The notes beneath the pieces are model-generated. The model ran no database searches. It was not told the DNA's origin and was given only the letters and a program-made list of their open reading frames with translations. The translations under genes were made by a program, and so were the position numbers. From NCBI RefSeq assembly GCF_009914755.1, contig NC_060927.1: DNA of 64,000 bases. One strand, given 5' to 3'. Below are positions 40,485-55,053 of the stretch, one piece after another (positions within the stretch are counted from its first letter, which is position 1; every line of letters begins with the position of its first letter). This DNA comes from the human T2T-CHM13v2.0 reference genome, Homo sapiens.

Positions 40485-40498
40485 CTACGTGTGTGTGT
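40431..40498. repeat. (TA)n/(TG)n compound microsatellite
   Basis: Read directly. Confidence 0.9.
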
Positions 40499-40848
40499 TT
40501 TTGTGTATAAAAATGCATCTCTCTTCCCAGTGTCATATCTATGGGATGTGGAAGAGCTAAACTATTATACATGGTAAGAATGATTTATAAATGATGCTAT
40601 TTTCTAGTTAGTGATAAAAATGAAAAATATCTGGGAACTTAAATATTTATTTCTACCTTTTTTGACAAATTGGAGACCAAATTCTAGTTATTGAATCAGA
40701 ACGTCTAATTTAGATGTAATGGAGTAACACAACTGCCAAGTGTCTTCTAAGGCAGTGACAGTTACGTTCTGTAGACCAGTTGAGTCATTCTTCTTGTATC
40801 AATCTGAGATGACTTAGCAGGAGACCGACCCACACATGCAAATTTTAA

Positions 40849-41246
<398 letters not shown>

Positions 41247-43588
41247 TGAAGAAACAATTTAAACTACAAATTAATTATGAATAAAGAAAATAACTATGGA
41301 TGCTTTATAACGTAAATTCAAGGAAAATGTAGAAAGTTTTGGAGGTGGTAAATTTTAAAATGCTTTTTTTATATATTAATAATAAGTAAAAGCATACCCA
41401 GACTGATTTTACCTAGTTCTTGCTGAAACTCACTGGTCTTCAAGAAGAGTTCTACAGGAAACTGAGATTTTCAGGGCAGTCTAACAGTTTTGATTCAAGA
41501 CAGGAACATGCCTAGATTTTAGCTCCCATGCTAAACTTTATCAAGGTAATTTTGCTTTTATCCATTGCTTTTTAATATTAATGTTGTGCAGCAAAATATT
41601 TATTTTACAAACTATTTTCAATATAACTTGTTTGCAAAAGAATGGCTGTATTACTCAATATCTTTAATATTTTTAATTAGTTATTAATTTAAAGTTTGTG
41701 ATATGAAGTTAATAAACATTGAGCAGATTATAATGACCTAAATGTAATCTATAGTACGGTAGCTAATATTAGCAATGTTGCTAGACACTTTTAAATTAAA
41801 CTGCATATTCAACTACAGGTTTCAATCATTTCAGAGTAATTTATATTTGACATATTCTTCCTCTGAAAACAACTATAAAACCAAGAAAAAATATGTATAT
41901 GGAGATTCTTTTCAGGCATTGAACAACAGAAATGCATGACTGAGATTCCTTAGGGAATGGGCAAACATGAAGTGACTCTGTCTCCTTGGCCTCCTTTCTG
42001 CAGACATTCTCCTGGCATGTCATATATACATATGAAGAACTACGAGAGGGCAGTTCTCTTAGCCAAGAATTGGGAAGAATACTTATGCCAGCCACATTTG
42101 CATGTGCTACTTCAAACTGTCCGCTTATAAGGCTGCCAGTTTTGACTGGGGACCAATAGAAGAGCATACTCGGTAATGAGGTGAGGTTTCAGTACAAGCT
42201 GCTCTTCTTTGGGATCTTATGGTGCAGCAAATTCAATAACGTTCAATATGTTTTTGAAAATAGGGATGCTTTATGGTATATCTGACAAATAACAGTGGGA
42301 GAATCATGGAGAAGACTTCTAAGATTTTCAGTCAAATCTATGCCATCTTCTACAAATAATTTTTCTCCTCTAGAAAGAAACAAAAACAAAAAACACAAAC
42401 AAACAAATACTTGTGGCTTGCTATTCAGCCCTGATAGAGGGTGAATAATCATAGTTAATTAGTTGATCATGCTGTCTGAGATTTCCATCATAAACTGGAT
42501 GCTATCACAGCCACATGCCATCGTTTGGGTATGTACATCAGTTACCTATATACGTATACACACAGACACATACACATATAGATATAAATACATGTGTACA
42601 TAATAGATGTGTATTCCATGCTCACCAAAGGGCAATTATTACAGAGATGGTTCTCAATAGCCACCCGTAGACAATATGGTCTATTTTAAATTGATTTTAT
42701 TCAACTTCTTTCTCTTGCCATGGTATTGCTTTATTAATGGCTATTTGAAAACTATGGTGAGAGGGATATGGTATATACATGGATTCAACATCTTACCAAA
42801 GCTGATCCATCTACCACAACTATTGAGTTCAGAAGTTACCAAGAACATGAGACCCTGACATGGCCCCCTTTCTTTGAGATCAGCCAGTTAATTTTGTTGA
42901 CCTCCTATTATGAAGTAGGCAGAGATTTATCATCATCACTGAAATAGACATGCACTGGGGACGTTTTTCTTTCTTGCCCACAATAATTTCACCAACACCA
43001 ACATTTCTGGTCTCACAGAATATCTTATCGACTATTATGGTGTTTCATAGAGTGTTGATTCTAATCGAGGGACTCATTTTATTGCAAGGGATATGGAGCA
43101 ATTAGCACATGCCCATGGAAGATTTTTTTCCATGATAATTCTGTCTTTACTAAATTGTAATATATTTTATTTTAATCAAATAATATCCCTTCACAGAATA
43201 TACACTAAGAAATGACTTTTCCTAAATGAAATTGCTTTTTTATTGCCTTTCTACCATATACTCCATTTGCATCTCTAGAACATTAAAAACAGTCTTTGGA
43301 TGTTACTTCTTCAGCAAGTGAAGTGTGTTATCTGTAAGAGTTCTGGTGGATATAACACTTTCTTTACAGGCATGGGCTGACAGGCTGCATTAATGAGTCT
43401 GAATATCACCAGCGTTTTTAAAACTTTTTCACCAAGGCTAGATGAATTTTGTATTTTCAAAGTTATGAAAATGTAAGAGCCTGATGTTTGTTTTTTGTTT
43501 GTAATTTTTTTATGTCTTGAAAGAAGAGAGGAAAATTATCAGGAAAACCACCTGAAAATAAATTGAAGCAAAAAAAATTGTTCGTATG

Positions 43589-43880
43589 TTTATTCATTTT
43601 TTCAAATTTTAGACTTTGGCAGTACACATGCAGGTTTGATGCATGGGTATGTGGCGTGATGCTGAGGTTTGTGCTTCTAATAATCCCATTGCCAAAGTAG
43701 TGAGCATAGAACCTGACAGGTAGTTTTTCAGCTTCCTCTCCCCTCTCTCCTCCGTTTTGGAATCCCCAGTGTTTGTTGTTCCTGCTTTGTGTCCATGTGT
43801 ATCCAATGTTTAGCTCCTACTTATAAGTGAGAACATGTGGTATTTAATTTTCTTTTTCTGTGTTAACTGACTTAAGGTAA
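43589..43880 (-). mobile_element. L1PA16/17-like 3'UTR fragment, part of a TSD-bounded 43121-43883 insertion
   Basis: gtacacatgcaggttt...gtgatgctgaggttt...tttagctcctacttataagtgagaacatgtggtatt. Confidence 0.9.
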
Positions 43881-44579
43881 CGTATGCCCCTGGAATTAAT
43901 GAACTTACCACACACCTCATCACTAAGAAGTGGCTGACTGAATGAAATGGCTTGCTGATGACTAAAGTATAGCATTTGTTGAGACACAATACATTGAAAT
44001 GATGAGAATTTCCCTTACAGGATGTAGCTTATGGTTTGAATTAGAGACCATTATATGATATTTTCACCTTCATAGTTAAAAAAACAAAAATTAGGAAACC
44101 AAGGGGTAATCATAGAAGTGACTTCCCTTGCTGTTATTCCTAATAAACCAGTAATAGAATTTTTTTTTCTTGGCAATTTTGAGCTCTACTTCTAAGGTGG
44201 ACTTAGTTATCAGGGAAAGAGAAGGTAACTTTGGTACTGCCAAATTGGAAAATAAGCTTACCCCTGATAACCTTGGGCTACATATCCACTGAACTAACCA
44301 CAGAAAAAGAAGTTACTCTAACGGTTGAAGTGATTGATACTGATTACCAAGAGGAAACTGTTTTGATTTCACACAACAGGAGCACAGAGTATTCAATGCT
44401 TTTAAAAGGAAGAGGTTCATAGCACTTTTATGCAAATAGTAAAAGTAATGGAAAAATTAGAGCAAACTAAGAAAGCAGAACTAATGAGGACTCAAATACT
44501 TGAGAAATAAAGGGTGTGAGTTATTTTACCTGGTAAAGAATTCCAACTTGCTAATGTTCTGGCTGAAAACAAAAAAAAA

Positions 44580-44793
44580 CATAGACACAGGAAGGGGAAC
44601 ATCACACTCCAGGGACTGTTGTGGGGTGGGGGGAGGGGGGAGGGATAGCATTGGGAGATATACCTAATGCTAAATGACTACTTAATGGGTGCAGCACACC
44701 AACATGGCACATGTATACATATGTAACAAACCTGCACATTGTGCACATGTACCCTAAAACTTAAAGTATAATAATAATAAAATTAAAATAAAG
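44580..44793 (+). mobile_element. L1PA3/4-like 3' end, heavily 5'-truncated, with TSD
   Basis: gacacaggaaggggaacatcacac, G-tract, atgtaccctaaaacttaaagtataataata; perfect 15-bp TSD gaaaacaaaaaaaaa (44565-44579, 44794-44808). Confidence 0.95.
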
Positions 44794-45258
44794 GAAAACA
44801 AAAAAAAATCATTGAATAGGTAAGAGTTTGCAGATATCAAACACAGTCTCGTGACCAATTACAGAAGTGAAGACACTGGTAGTTTTATATGCATTTTCTT
44901 TGCTTGTTATGTTTATATATTTACTTATATACAGTTATTAAGTATTTTCATCTCTTTCTACTTATTATTTTATATACACATTATTGAAGATTTAACTTAC
45001 AATTTTTTGCCTTAGATAAGAAATATTCAGTTGAATGGTTACTGGATTTGAGAATTAACCAGTGTAGCTAGTGATAGGTAAAATGACAGTTGAGACCTAG
45101 TGTCCCCTCATGGTGGTGGAGGGTAAGAACTTCATCCCTAGTACATAAAATAATGACATCCTGTTAGGTGGAAACAGAGTTGTTTTTGTTGTATTATAGA
45201 AGTTAAAACGTTTGAATAAGGGTGTGTATGGAATATGAATAACCATCTACATAGAATA

Positions 45259-45926
45259 TGACAGTTATCAGTTTATTGACTTTCAACTGCAGACCCATCT
45301 TTTCTTTCCTGCATTGTTATAGTGGACCTGGACATTACTTAGCCAACTGATGTCAATGTTAAGCTTTGTCAAAAAAGGGAACTAGAAAGATATCCCAAAA
45401 CGAGGGCAGGAGGAAGGGATTCTGCTGTTTCAGCATCACGAGCAGTGGATGGCTAGGTAGTGTTAACCTCAGAGGCCCTCATGAGCCAGCCCATAAACCT
45501 CAGTGAAGCTGAAATACTCTGGTGGGTTTCTCTAAAGCCTGGTAGGCTACTGCTATGGGCTAGTTGCAGTTCAAACTCTTGAGCAAGTTTCTTCACCACT
45601 TAGAGGGCTGACCTACACCCTCCAGCAAATTTACTCGCCATGGCATTGAAAGTGTTCCAGGGATAGCTCCACTCTTTGGAAAGAGGATTGAATCACAGTT
45701 TTGGGGGCTGTCTCCTACCATAAATTTCTAAGTCACTTCCCTGTTTGCTTTCTCTTAGCCTTAGAGGTCGAATCAACTTTATATCTTTGCTACTGTTGCA
45801 CCCCTTAAAGACTTCCTTTTCTGAGTCACTAATCATATGTACTAGGTAACAATTCTTACTATTTACTTTGCCTTGTTCAAATTATCAGTATACTTTCTGT
45901 CTCTTGACTTGACCCTGACTAATACA
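45259..45926 (+). mobile_element. ERVL 3' LTR (LTR33/LTR41-like)
   Basis: TG...CA; follows the ERVL internal region directly; ends ttctgtctcttgacttgaccctgactaataca. Confidence 0.65.
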
Positions 45927-48900
45927 ACCATATGTCTTGTCCCAACTCTATTCTTTCTTGACATTTCTTTAGCTTTCCTTTCTTTCTAGTTCTATTATCT
46001 GCTTCATTTACTCTTTTTAAGATTGAATTTTAAAACTTATGAAGTAATGGCATTTATGAAGTAATGTGTTTTTAATTTTTGAAGCAGGAGAAATTAAAGG
46101 CTTTTAAAATTTCTTTAGGGAAAAATGGTATATTTTAAAAATGCTAGCTATCTTTATTTTCTTGTGCTTAACAAGCCTCTGACTGTTAAGATTCTGGAGT
46201 CAGTATTCAGTCCAGGTTCAAAGTACTGGCATGCCCTTTAATATCATTACTCTCTCTGCAACTCCAGATAAGTTTAACCACGTACCATCTATAGAGATAA
46301 TACATATAAATGAGTGGGCATCAGGGTATGAAAACATTAATTTATATGCTTTTAAAAATACAAAATTTAGCCTAGTGTAATAAATTACTTATGGGTAAGT
46401 TGGGGAAGAAGAAATATAAAATGATAAATGTAATTTAAAATAGGAAGTAAACAAGAAGGACATCACGTGTTCATGTGAATCTTGTAATTGCTTCCATGTT
46501 TATCCTATAAAAGAGGTCCAAATGACCTCAGAAGCTAAAGCCAAAAAAAAAACTGTCTTTGAGTAATAACTAGCTCTTTTGTATTTATTGATTGCATATA
46601 TGATTTTTGTTTTGGTTTATGTTTCTCTTACATATTGTTTACTTATTTCTATAATCAGCCTTAAAGTTTAGTCTACCTAAAAATGGAGGAATTTCACAAT
46701 AGAAAGATCAAGGCAGGAAAATGTCAAGTAAATAACCTCCTTAAATACTTGAAAGAAAATTTTAATTTTGTTTTCATGTTTCCATTGAAAAGGCAAGATA
46801 AAGAGTTAAAACAAAAACTACGCTAATTCATCATGTAGAGGAAATGTTACTAATATTGGCTTTAACCAATGAGGCTGATTTGTATTTGGAATGGTATTCA
46901 GGTTCACATTACTGTAGAATAAGTAGGAAGCATTTTTAAATTAATTTCATAAGTAACAGACTTTATTGATATTTTAATCAAAGTAAGTGTGTTAAATTCC
47001 CTTTTACTTTATCAAATTAATTCATTTTTATATTACTGCATTAGACCTGAAGATGAAGATATTTTACTTCCTTTAGATGCAACCAGATGAAGACCTGTGG
47101 AACAGATGGAGGGCACACCCTGGGATGGAACCTTACAGAGACAGATCTGCCATCAAATCTCTGCAAATCACATTTTACAACTTCATGGGGTACACACCTA
47201 TGGCTATTTTATAATGTAATTTGCTGCCACACAACAGACCTTGTAGCCCTGTAAAATGACTATTTTGTTGTCTTTAAAATATGCCTGAAAACGATAACAA
47301 AATAAAGGAGCTGGAGTATCATAGGGAGATAATGTCCAAAGGAGGTACATGAGATGCGTTAACAAGACCTCTTTCTGCCAAAATTCCTGCTTTGTATTCT
47401 AACACTATGTTCCTCAGGAGTGAAAATGGGAGTTTGCCATGAAAGATTAATTTTTCCAGTTTCTTATGATTATAAGCACACCTGTTCTAAATAACTGTGA
47501 TAATAGACTAAAGGAATTCTGTGCTAAGTACTTCTTCTCTTATGCTATTCTGCCTAGAACAGGAATTTGTCTTTGGATAACTGATTCTCAAAACAGTGAG
47601 TTGTTCATGAGGTGGAATTTATAATATTTTATAGACAGAGTGTGAACTTATTTTATAATTGAATCTTTGAAACATCTCATCCATTCCTAGCTGCTTTTAT
47701 GTCTTAAAGACAATCTGAACTCTGAATATTAACTATTATAGCATATCTGTTCATAGCTTTATGTTATTCATTGTATCTTGCAAATGAAAATAATGAGACT
47801 CTTGGTTATTATTTTACTATATTTTAGATCAGTGCAACTGTTAATCTTCAATTCATCATTCATAATTATAATAAACTGGGTCTATGGTCTCTGTGAAACT
47901 TTCATAGAAGAGAAACAAAACTGAGTGATAACTTTGCATTTCTAAAATGTAAAATAATTGAATTTTTTTATAAAATGCTACAGATTATTCCAAAGTTTAA
48001 AGCACCAAAAACGTTTTTAAAGATGTTATATAAATAACCACAAAAGTTCTACTTTCAAATAAAATTTATAAAAATATTAAGGCCATAGATAGCCTAGTAT
48101 CACAAAATAGTTTGAATAAGTTATATTTTGGTTCAGAGAAGAGAGAGATCAATTTGAACAGAATATACAAGCAGGTCCTAAAGAATGGAGAGCTCTCAGT
48201 GTGTTCTTACTATGTCTTCAAGATATTTAATATCTGTTCACTTCTGTCCTGTCCTCTGTATGTCTGTCTCATTTGTTTTTCCCATTCTACAGTCCAACTC
48301 TCTTGGTACTACTTGCATAGAATTTAATTTGGTTGCTCATCCTCCCTGCAAAATATTAGCCATAACCATCGATTCCACATTAACTGCAAACTTTCTGATC
48401 TAATTAATGAAATTTCTCTTTATCTAAATTCAGAACTCCTAGGAAATAGAATCAATCTCATTGGTCCATTTTGACTAAGGGGTTAAAAGGGCAATTTTCA
48501 CATGCTTCTATTAGATAATGGCATATATCTTTTTTAAGTGGAAATTAGCAATGAAGAAATAATACCAAGTGTTGAAGCTTGGTGAGATTTGAGTAGACTA
48601 ATGAGATATTTGTATGACAATTTTATTTAGTAAAAGGGTAAGAAAAATTTTTCTGTTTACTCCAATAAACATGCCCTTACTCATTGCTGTCAGGCAGATT
48701 TCTATTCTCACAATTCACCCACCATTTCATACTGATTTCTGTTTCTATCCAATTTATTATTCTTCATTTATCTCCTTTTTCTGGAAGCTTCTCTAACAAA
48801 CAAATCAAATTTCTTTGTATGTTTGTTTCACAAAACTTACATTTTAATATGCCATTCAACCACTAATTTTGTCACACATTTACTATATGTTTGTAGTTAC

Positions 48901-49264
48901 ACCTGCTCAGTTATAGAATTCTTGAAGGTATACAGCTTTTTGTACTTGTTTTTCAGTAATTGTATTCATATATAATCTACTATAAAATTCTGCTACTGAA
49001 TATGAAGTCTGATGCTAGCCTCTTGTGTCTGTTACACATCACTCCTCTTTGAAATACCAGAATAAGTTCAGGGCTATAACTATATAGCTGAATGCAATAA
49101 AAACAGTGTCATCGAATTACAGGAAGATATTACAGAGGTTTATTCTAGATTGTTTTGAGAATATGACTTTACTTTTGTGCCTTTGTTGGTAAAATGTGTG
49201 AAATATTTTTACCTACCAAAAATGTAGAAAATAACTAGGTGGGACATGAAAACATAGAAAGTTT

Positions 49265-49491
<227 letters not shown>

Positions 49492-49700
49492 TCAACTTTT
49501 CTGAAGAAAAACTGAACTAAGCAATGTCTAATTATTATCGTGTGTAATTCAGAAACAAGTATAAAATAAAAACTTGAAAATATCTGAAAAAGTAAAACTC
49601 AGATTCGTTCGACTTTATAAGATTATAATTGTCAGAATAGTATTTATATTGATTTTATAGTAAGGAATTTTAATATTTATTAAAATACAGCATCTGTTTC

Positions 49701-49966
49701 TTTTTTTAAATTTTATTTTACTTAAAGTTCTGGGATACATTTGCAGAACATGCAGATTTGTTACATAGGTATACACGTGCTATGGTGGTTTGCTGCACCA
49801 ATCAACCCATCATCCAGGTTTTAAGCCCTGCATGCATTAGGTATTTGTCCTAATGCTCTCCCTCCCCTTGCGCCCCACCCCCCAACAGGCCCTGATGTGT
49901 GATGTTCCCCTCCCTGTGTCCATATGTTCTCATTGTTCAACTCCCACTTAGTGAGAACATGTGGTG
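49701..49966 (-). mobile_element. L1PA8 3'UTR fragment
   Basis: catccaggttttaagccctgcatgcattaggtatttgtcctaatgc is the L1PA8-type segment. Confidence 0.9.
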
Positions 49967-51430
49967 CTCTTAAATGGAATTATATGCAGTCCTACTCAAT
50001 GTGGGGTGATTAGATGACATGGCAGAACACAGACTATTTGGTAATATACTAGAATTTTTTTTAAAAAAGAATTCACTGCCTTCTTTGTTGAGAAAGTCTT
50101 GCTATCAAGAAAATGATATTATTAAGTTAGTTGAATGGTGTAGATGATTTACCTTTTTGACATACACTCTTTATCAAATTGTAGGTGAGCATTTTGTGCT
50201 TATTAATTATGTTGACAATGAGTGATAACTATGAACAATTGAACAGCAAAGCTATCTAATTTTTTGGTACAATTTGTAGTAAGGCAGGTATTAACAGAAA
50301 CAGCTTTGCTTGAGTATGCAAAATCTCTTTTTAGAGTTTTGTCTTGTGGGTCGCAATTGCTATCAATTAATGCTCTCTTTATATTTCTCTGTGAATATAT
50401 GTTGCCTTTATTTTGAAGAATAATTTTACCAGAAATAGAATCATTTGTTGATTTTTTCTTTTTTTTAGCGTTTTGTCATTTCATTGTTTTTTATGAAGAT
50501 GGTGAAAGTTCATATTATTGTCACTAAATAATGTTATCTCTCTTAACGGTTTCATAATTTTCTGTATATTTTAACAGTCTGCTATGATAGTCTAGGTATG
50601 GATCTTTTTTGTTTGTCCCACTTGAGATTAAATGAAACCAAATTTGGAAAACTTTTAGCCATTAATTCTTCAATTTTCTTTGTATTTTTTCTTTCCTTCT
50701 TCTCTCTGTGGAAGTTCCATTACACATTTTTTGGAGGACTTGATATTTCTGAGGCTCTGTTCATTTTTTTTTATACTTCTAGTTCTGGGATACATGTACA
50801 GAACTTGCAGATTTGTTACATAGGTATACATGTGCCATGGTGGTTTGCTGCACCTATCAACCCATCATCTACATTAGGTATTTCTCCTAATGCTATGCCT
50901 CCCTTAGTCCCCCACCCCCTGACAGGCGCTGGTGTGTGATGTTCCCCTCCCTGTGTCCATGTGTTCTCATTGTTCAACTCCCACTTATGAGTGAGAATAT
51001 GTGGTGTTTGGTTTTCTGTTCCTTTGTTAGTTTGCTGAGAATGATGGTAGCCAGCTTCATCCATGTCCCTGCAAAGGACATTAACTCATCCCTTTTTATG
51101 GCTGCATAGTATTCCATGGTGTATATGTGCCACATTTTCTTTATCCAGTCTATCATTGACAGGCATTTCAGTTGGTTCCAAGTCCTTGCTATTGTGAATA
51201 GTGTTGCAATAAACATATGTGTGCATGTGTCTTTATATTAGAATGATTTATAATCCTTCAGGTATATACCCAGTAATGGGATTGCTGGATCAAATGGTAT
51301 TTCTGCCTCTAGATCCTTGAGGGATTGCCACACTGTCTTCCACAATGGCTGAACTAATTTACACTCCCACAAACAGGGTAAAAGGCTTTCTATTTCTACA
51401 AATTCTCTACAGTATCTGTTGTTTCCTTGA

Positions 51431-51715
<285 letters not shown>

Positions 51716-52164
51716 GTTTCCTGACTTTTTAATGATCACCACTTTAACTGGTGTGAGATGGTTACTTATTGTGGTTTTGATTTGCATTTCTCTAATGACC
51801 AGTGATGATGAGGTTTTTTCCATATGTTTGTTGGCTGCATAAATGTCTTCTTTTGAGAAGTGTCTGTTCATATCCTTTGACCACTTTTTGACGGGGTTGT
51901 TTTTTTCTTGTAAATTTGTTTAAGTTCCTTGTAGATTCTGGATACTAGCCCTTTGTCAGACGTATAGATTGCAAAAATTTTCTCCCATTCTGTAGGTTGC
52001 CTGTTCATTCTGATGATAGTTTCTTTTGTTGTGCAGAAGCTCTTTAGCTTAATTAGATCTCGTTTGTCAATTTTGGCATTTGTTGCCATTACTTTTGGTG
52101 TTTTAGTCATTAAGTCTTTCCCAATGCCTATGTCCTGAATGGTATTGCCTAGGTTTTCTTCTAG

Positions 52165-52466
52165 TTTTTTTGTTTGTTTGTTTGAGATGGAGTCTCACTC
52201 TGTTACCCAGGCTGGAGTGCAGTGGCATGATATTGCCTCACTGCAACCTCCACCTCTCAGGTTCTAGTGATTCTCATGCCTCAGCCTCCTGAGTAGCTGA
52301 GACTACAAGCACCTGCCACCACACCCAGTTAATTCTTTGTATTTTTAGTAGAGATAGGGTTTTGCCATGTTGCCTAGGCTGGTCTTGAATTCCCAAGCTG
52401 AGGCTATCCACCCACCTCAGCCTCCCAAAGTGCTAGTATTAGAGGTATGAGCCACCATGCCTGGCT
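52165..52466 (-). mobile_element. Older AluS/J-type SINE nested in L1PA7
   Basis: Antisense Alu with (TTTG)n tail; TSD core tcttctag on both sides. Confidence 0.92.
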
Positions 52467-53878
52467 CTTCTAGGATTTTTATGGTTTTAGGTCTTACATT
52501 TACGTCTTTAATTCATCTTTAGTTAATTTTTGTATAAGGTGTAAGGAAGGGGTCTAGCTTCAGTTTTCTGCATATGGCTAGCCAGTTTTCCCAACACCAG
52601 GTATTAAATAGGAAATCCTTTCCCCATTGCTTGTTTTTGTTACGTTTGTCAAAGATGGTTGTAACTTGTGGCATTATTTCTGAGCCCTCTGTTCTGTTTC
52701 ATTAGTCTGTACATCTGTTTTGGTACCAGTAGCATGCTGTTTTGTTTACTGTAGCCTTGTAGTATAGTTTGAAGACAGGTTGCATGATGCCTCCAGCTTT
52801 GTTCATTTTGCTTAGGATTTTCTTGGCTACATGGGCTCTTTTTTGGTTCCATATAAAATTTAAAGTAGTTTTTTTTTTCTAATTCTGTGAATAAAGTCAA
52901 TGATAGCTTGATGGGTATAGCATCTAATCTATAAATTACTTTGGGCATTATGGCCATTTTCACAATATTGATTCTTCCTATCCATGAACATGGAATCTTT
53001 TTCCATTTGTTTGTGTCCTCTCTTATTTCCTTGAGCAGTGGTTTGTAGCTCTTCTTGAAGAGGTACTTCACGTCCCTTGTAAGTTGTACTCCTAGGTATT
53101 TTATTCTCTTTGTAGCAATTGTGAATGGGGGTTCACTCATTATTTGGCTCCATGTCTGTTATTGGTGTATAGGAATGCTTGTGATTTTTGCACATTGATT
53201 TTGTATCCTCAGACGTTGCTGAAGTTAACAGGTTAAGGAGATTTTGCGCTGAGATGATGGAGTTTTGTAAATATACAATCATGTCATATGCAAACAGAAA
53301 CAATTTGACTTCCTCTCTTGCTATTTGAATATCCTTTATTTCTTTCTCTTGCCTGATTGCCCTGGCCAGAACTTCCAATACTGTGTTTAATAGGAGTGGT
53401 AAGAGAGGGCATCCTTGTGCTGGTTTTCAGAGACAATGCTTCCAGCTTTTGCCCATTCAGTAGGATATTGACTGTGGGTTTGTCATACATAGCTCTTATT
53501 ATTTTGAGATGCTATCCATCAGTACCCAGTTTATAGAGGGCTTTAGCATGAAGCAGTGTTGAATTTTATCAAAGGCCTTTTCTGCATCTATTGAGATAAT
53601 CATGATTGACTCTGTTTATTTTTAATTTATCTTTTTTGAGACCTATTTTTAAATTGGATAATTTTTATAAATCTATTTTCAAATTAACTGACTCCTCTAT
53701 TATTTCAGATCTGCTATTGAACCCATTTAGTGGTTTTTAATTTTTGTTTTTTGCATACTTAAATTCTAGAAGTTTTAATATATAGTTCGTTTTTCTATTG
53801 AAAGCCCTGTTGGAAAAATAATTGCAAACATATTTTCCTTTAACTCTTTAAACAGTTTTCTTTTATCCTTTTAATATA

Positions 53879-55053
53879 CAACAATGCACCACATAACAAT
53901 GTTTTGTTCAATGATGAACTTTATATGTGATAGTAGTCCCATAACATTAAAATGGACCTGAAAAATTCCTGATGCCTAGTGATTTTGTAGCCCTCATAAT
54001 GTCAAAGAACAATGCATTACTTATATGTTTATGGAGATGTTGATGTAAACAAACCTATTGCACTGCCAGTTTATAAAAGTACAGCACATAAAAATTAAGT
54101 ACAATGTATAATACTTAATAATAATTTTAACAACTATGTTATTGGTTTATGTATTTACTTCTTATTATTATTGTAGTGTGTATTTTTACACCTATTTTTT
54201 TAAAAATTAAAAACCAGCTTCAGGCAGGTTCTTTAGGAAGTCATCCAGAAGAAGGCATTGTTACCATAGGAGATTACAGCTCCAGTAGTGTTATTTCCCC
54301 TGAAAACCTTCCAGTGGGACAAGATGTGGAGATGGAAGACAATGATATTGATGATTCTGAGACTGTGTAGGCCTAGGCTAATTTGAGTGTTGTGTCCTTT
54401 TTAAAAGTTAAAAAAAAAACAATAAAAAGAAGCTTTTAGAATAAGAATGTAAAGAAAAAAAATATTTTTGTACAACTACTTGATGTGTTAGTGTTTTAAG
54501 CAAAGTATTACTACAAAAGATTCAGAAAGTTAAAAAAATTAAAAGGCATATAAAGTAAAAATATTGCAGTAAGTTAAGGCCAATTTATTATTGAAGAAAG
54601 AAAAAATACTTACTGTAAAATAAGTGTACAATATTTATATAGCCTACATTAGTGTACAGTCATGTTCTAGGTCTTCACCTGTACTTACCACTCATGCAGA
54701 CACACCCATAACAATTTTAAATCCTGTAAGCTCCATTCATGGTAAGGGCCCTATACAGATGTACCATGTTTACCTTTTGTATTGTCTTTTTACTCTACTT
54801 TTTTAAATGTTTAGCTATGCAAATAGTCAGCATAATTACCTACAGGTTTGTATCTAAGGGATGATAGGTTACAGTACAGATATGTAACCTAGGGGTGACA
54901 GGTCATACCACATAACCTAGGTAGACTAGACGTGTAGCAGGTTATACTTTTTAGGTTTGAGTAAAGACACTTTATGGTGCTTCGACAAACAATGAAATCT
55001 CCTAAAGATGCATTTCTCAGAACCTATCGTTGTAATTAAGTGATGCATGACTA
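53879..55053 (-). mobile_element. Tigger3b (TcMar-Tigger) non-autonomous DNA transposon
   Basis: Ends atgcaccacataacaatgttttg and gatgcatttctcagaacctatc...taagtgatgcatgacta, TA-flanked; internal ccagaagaaggcattgtta and ccttccagtgggacaagatgtggag. Confidence 0.88.

Larger units (their letters stand above)
42750..45258 (+). mobile_element. Decayed ERVL internal region (integrase and 3' part), interrupted by two L1 insertions
   Basis: cttaccaaagctgatc; cactgaaatagaca (GIDT); ctcacagaatatcttatc; gattctaatcgagggactcatttta (SDQGTHF-like); ggaaaccaagggg; gtgattgatactgattaccaagaggaa. Confidence 0.8.

Noticed and set aside
44231-44422. ORF containing VEVIDTDYQEE
   Set aside because: Decayed ERVL internal sequence surrounded by stops and frameshifts
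54149-54370. Acidic-tailed 73-aa ORF (...VEMEDNDIDDSETV)
   Set aside because: Lies inside Tigger3b; transposon remnant
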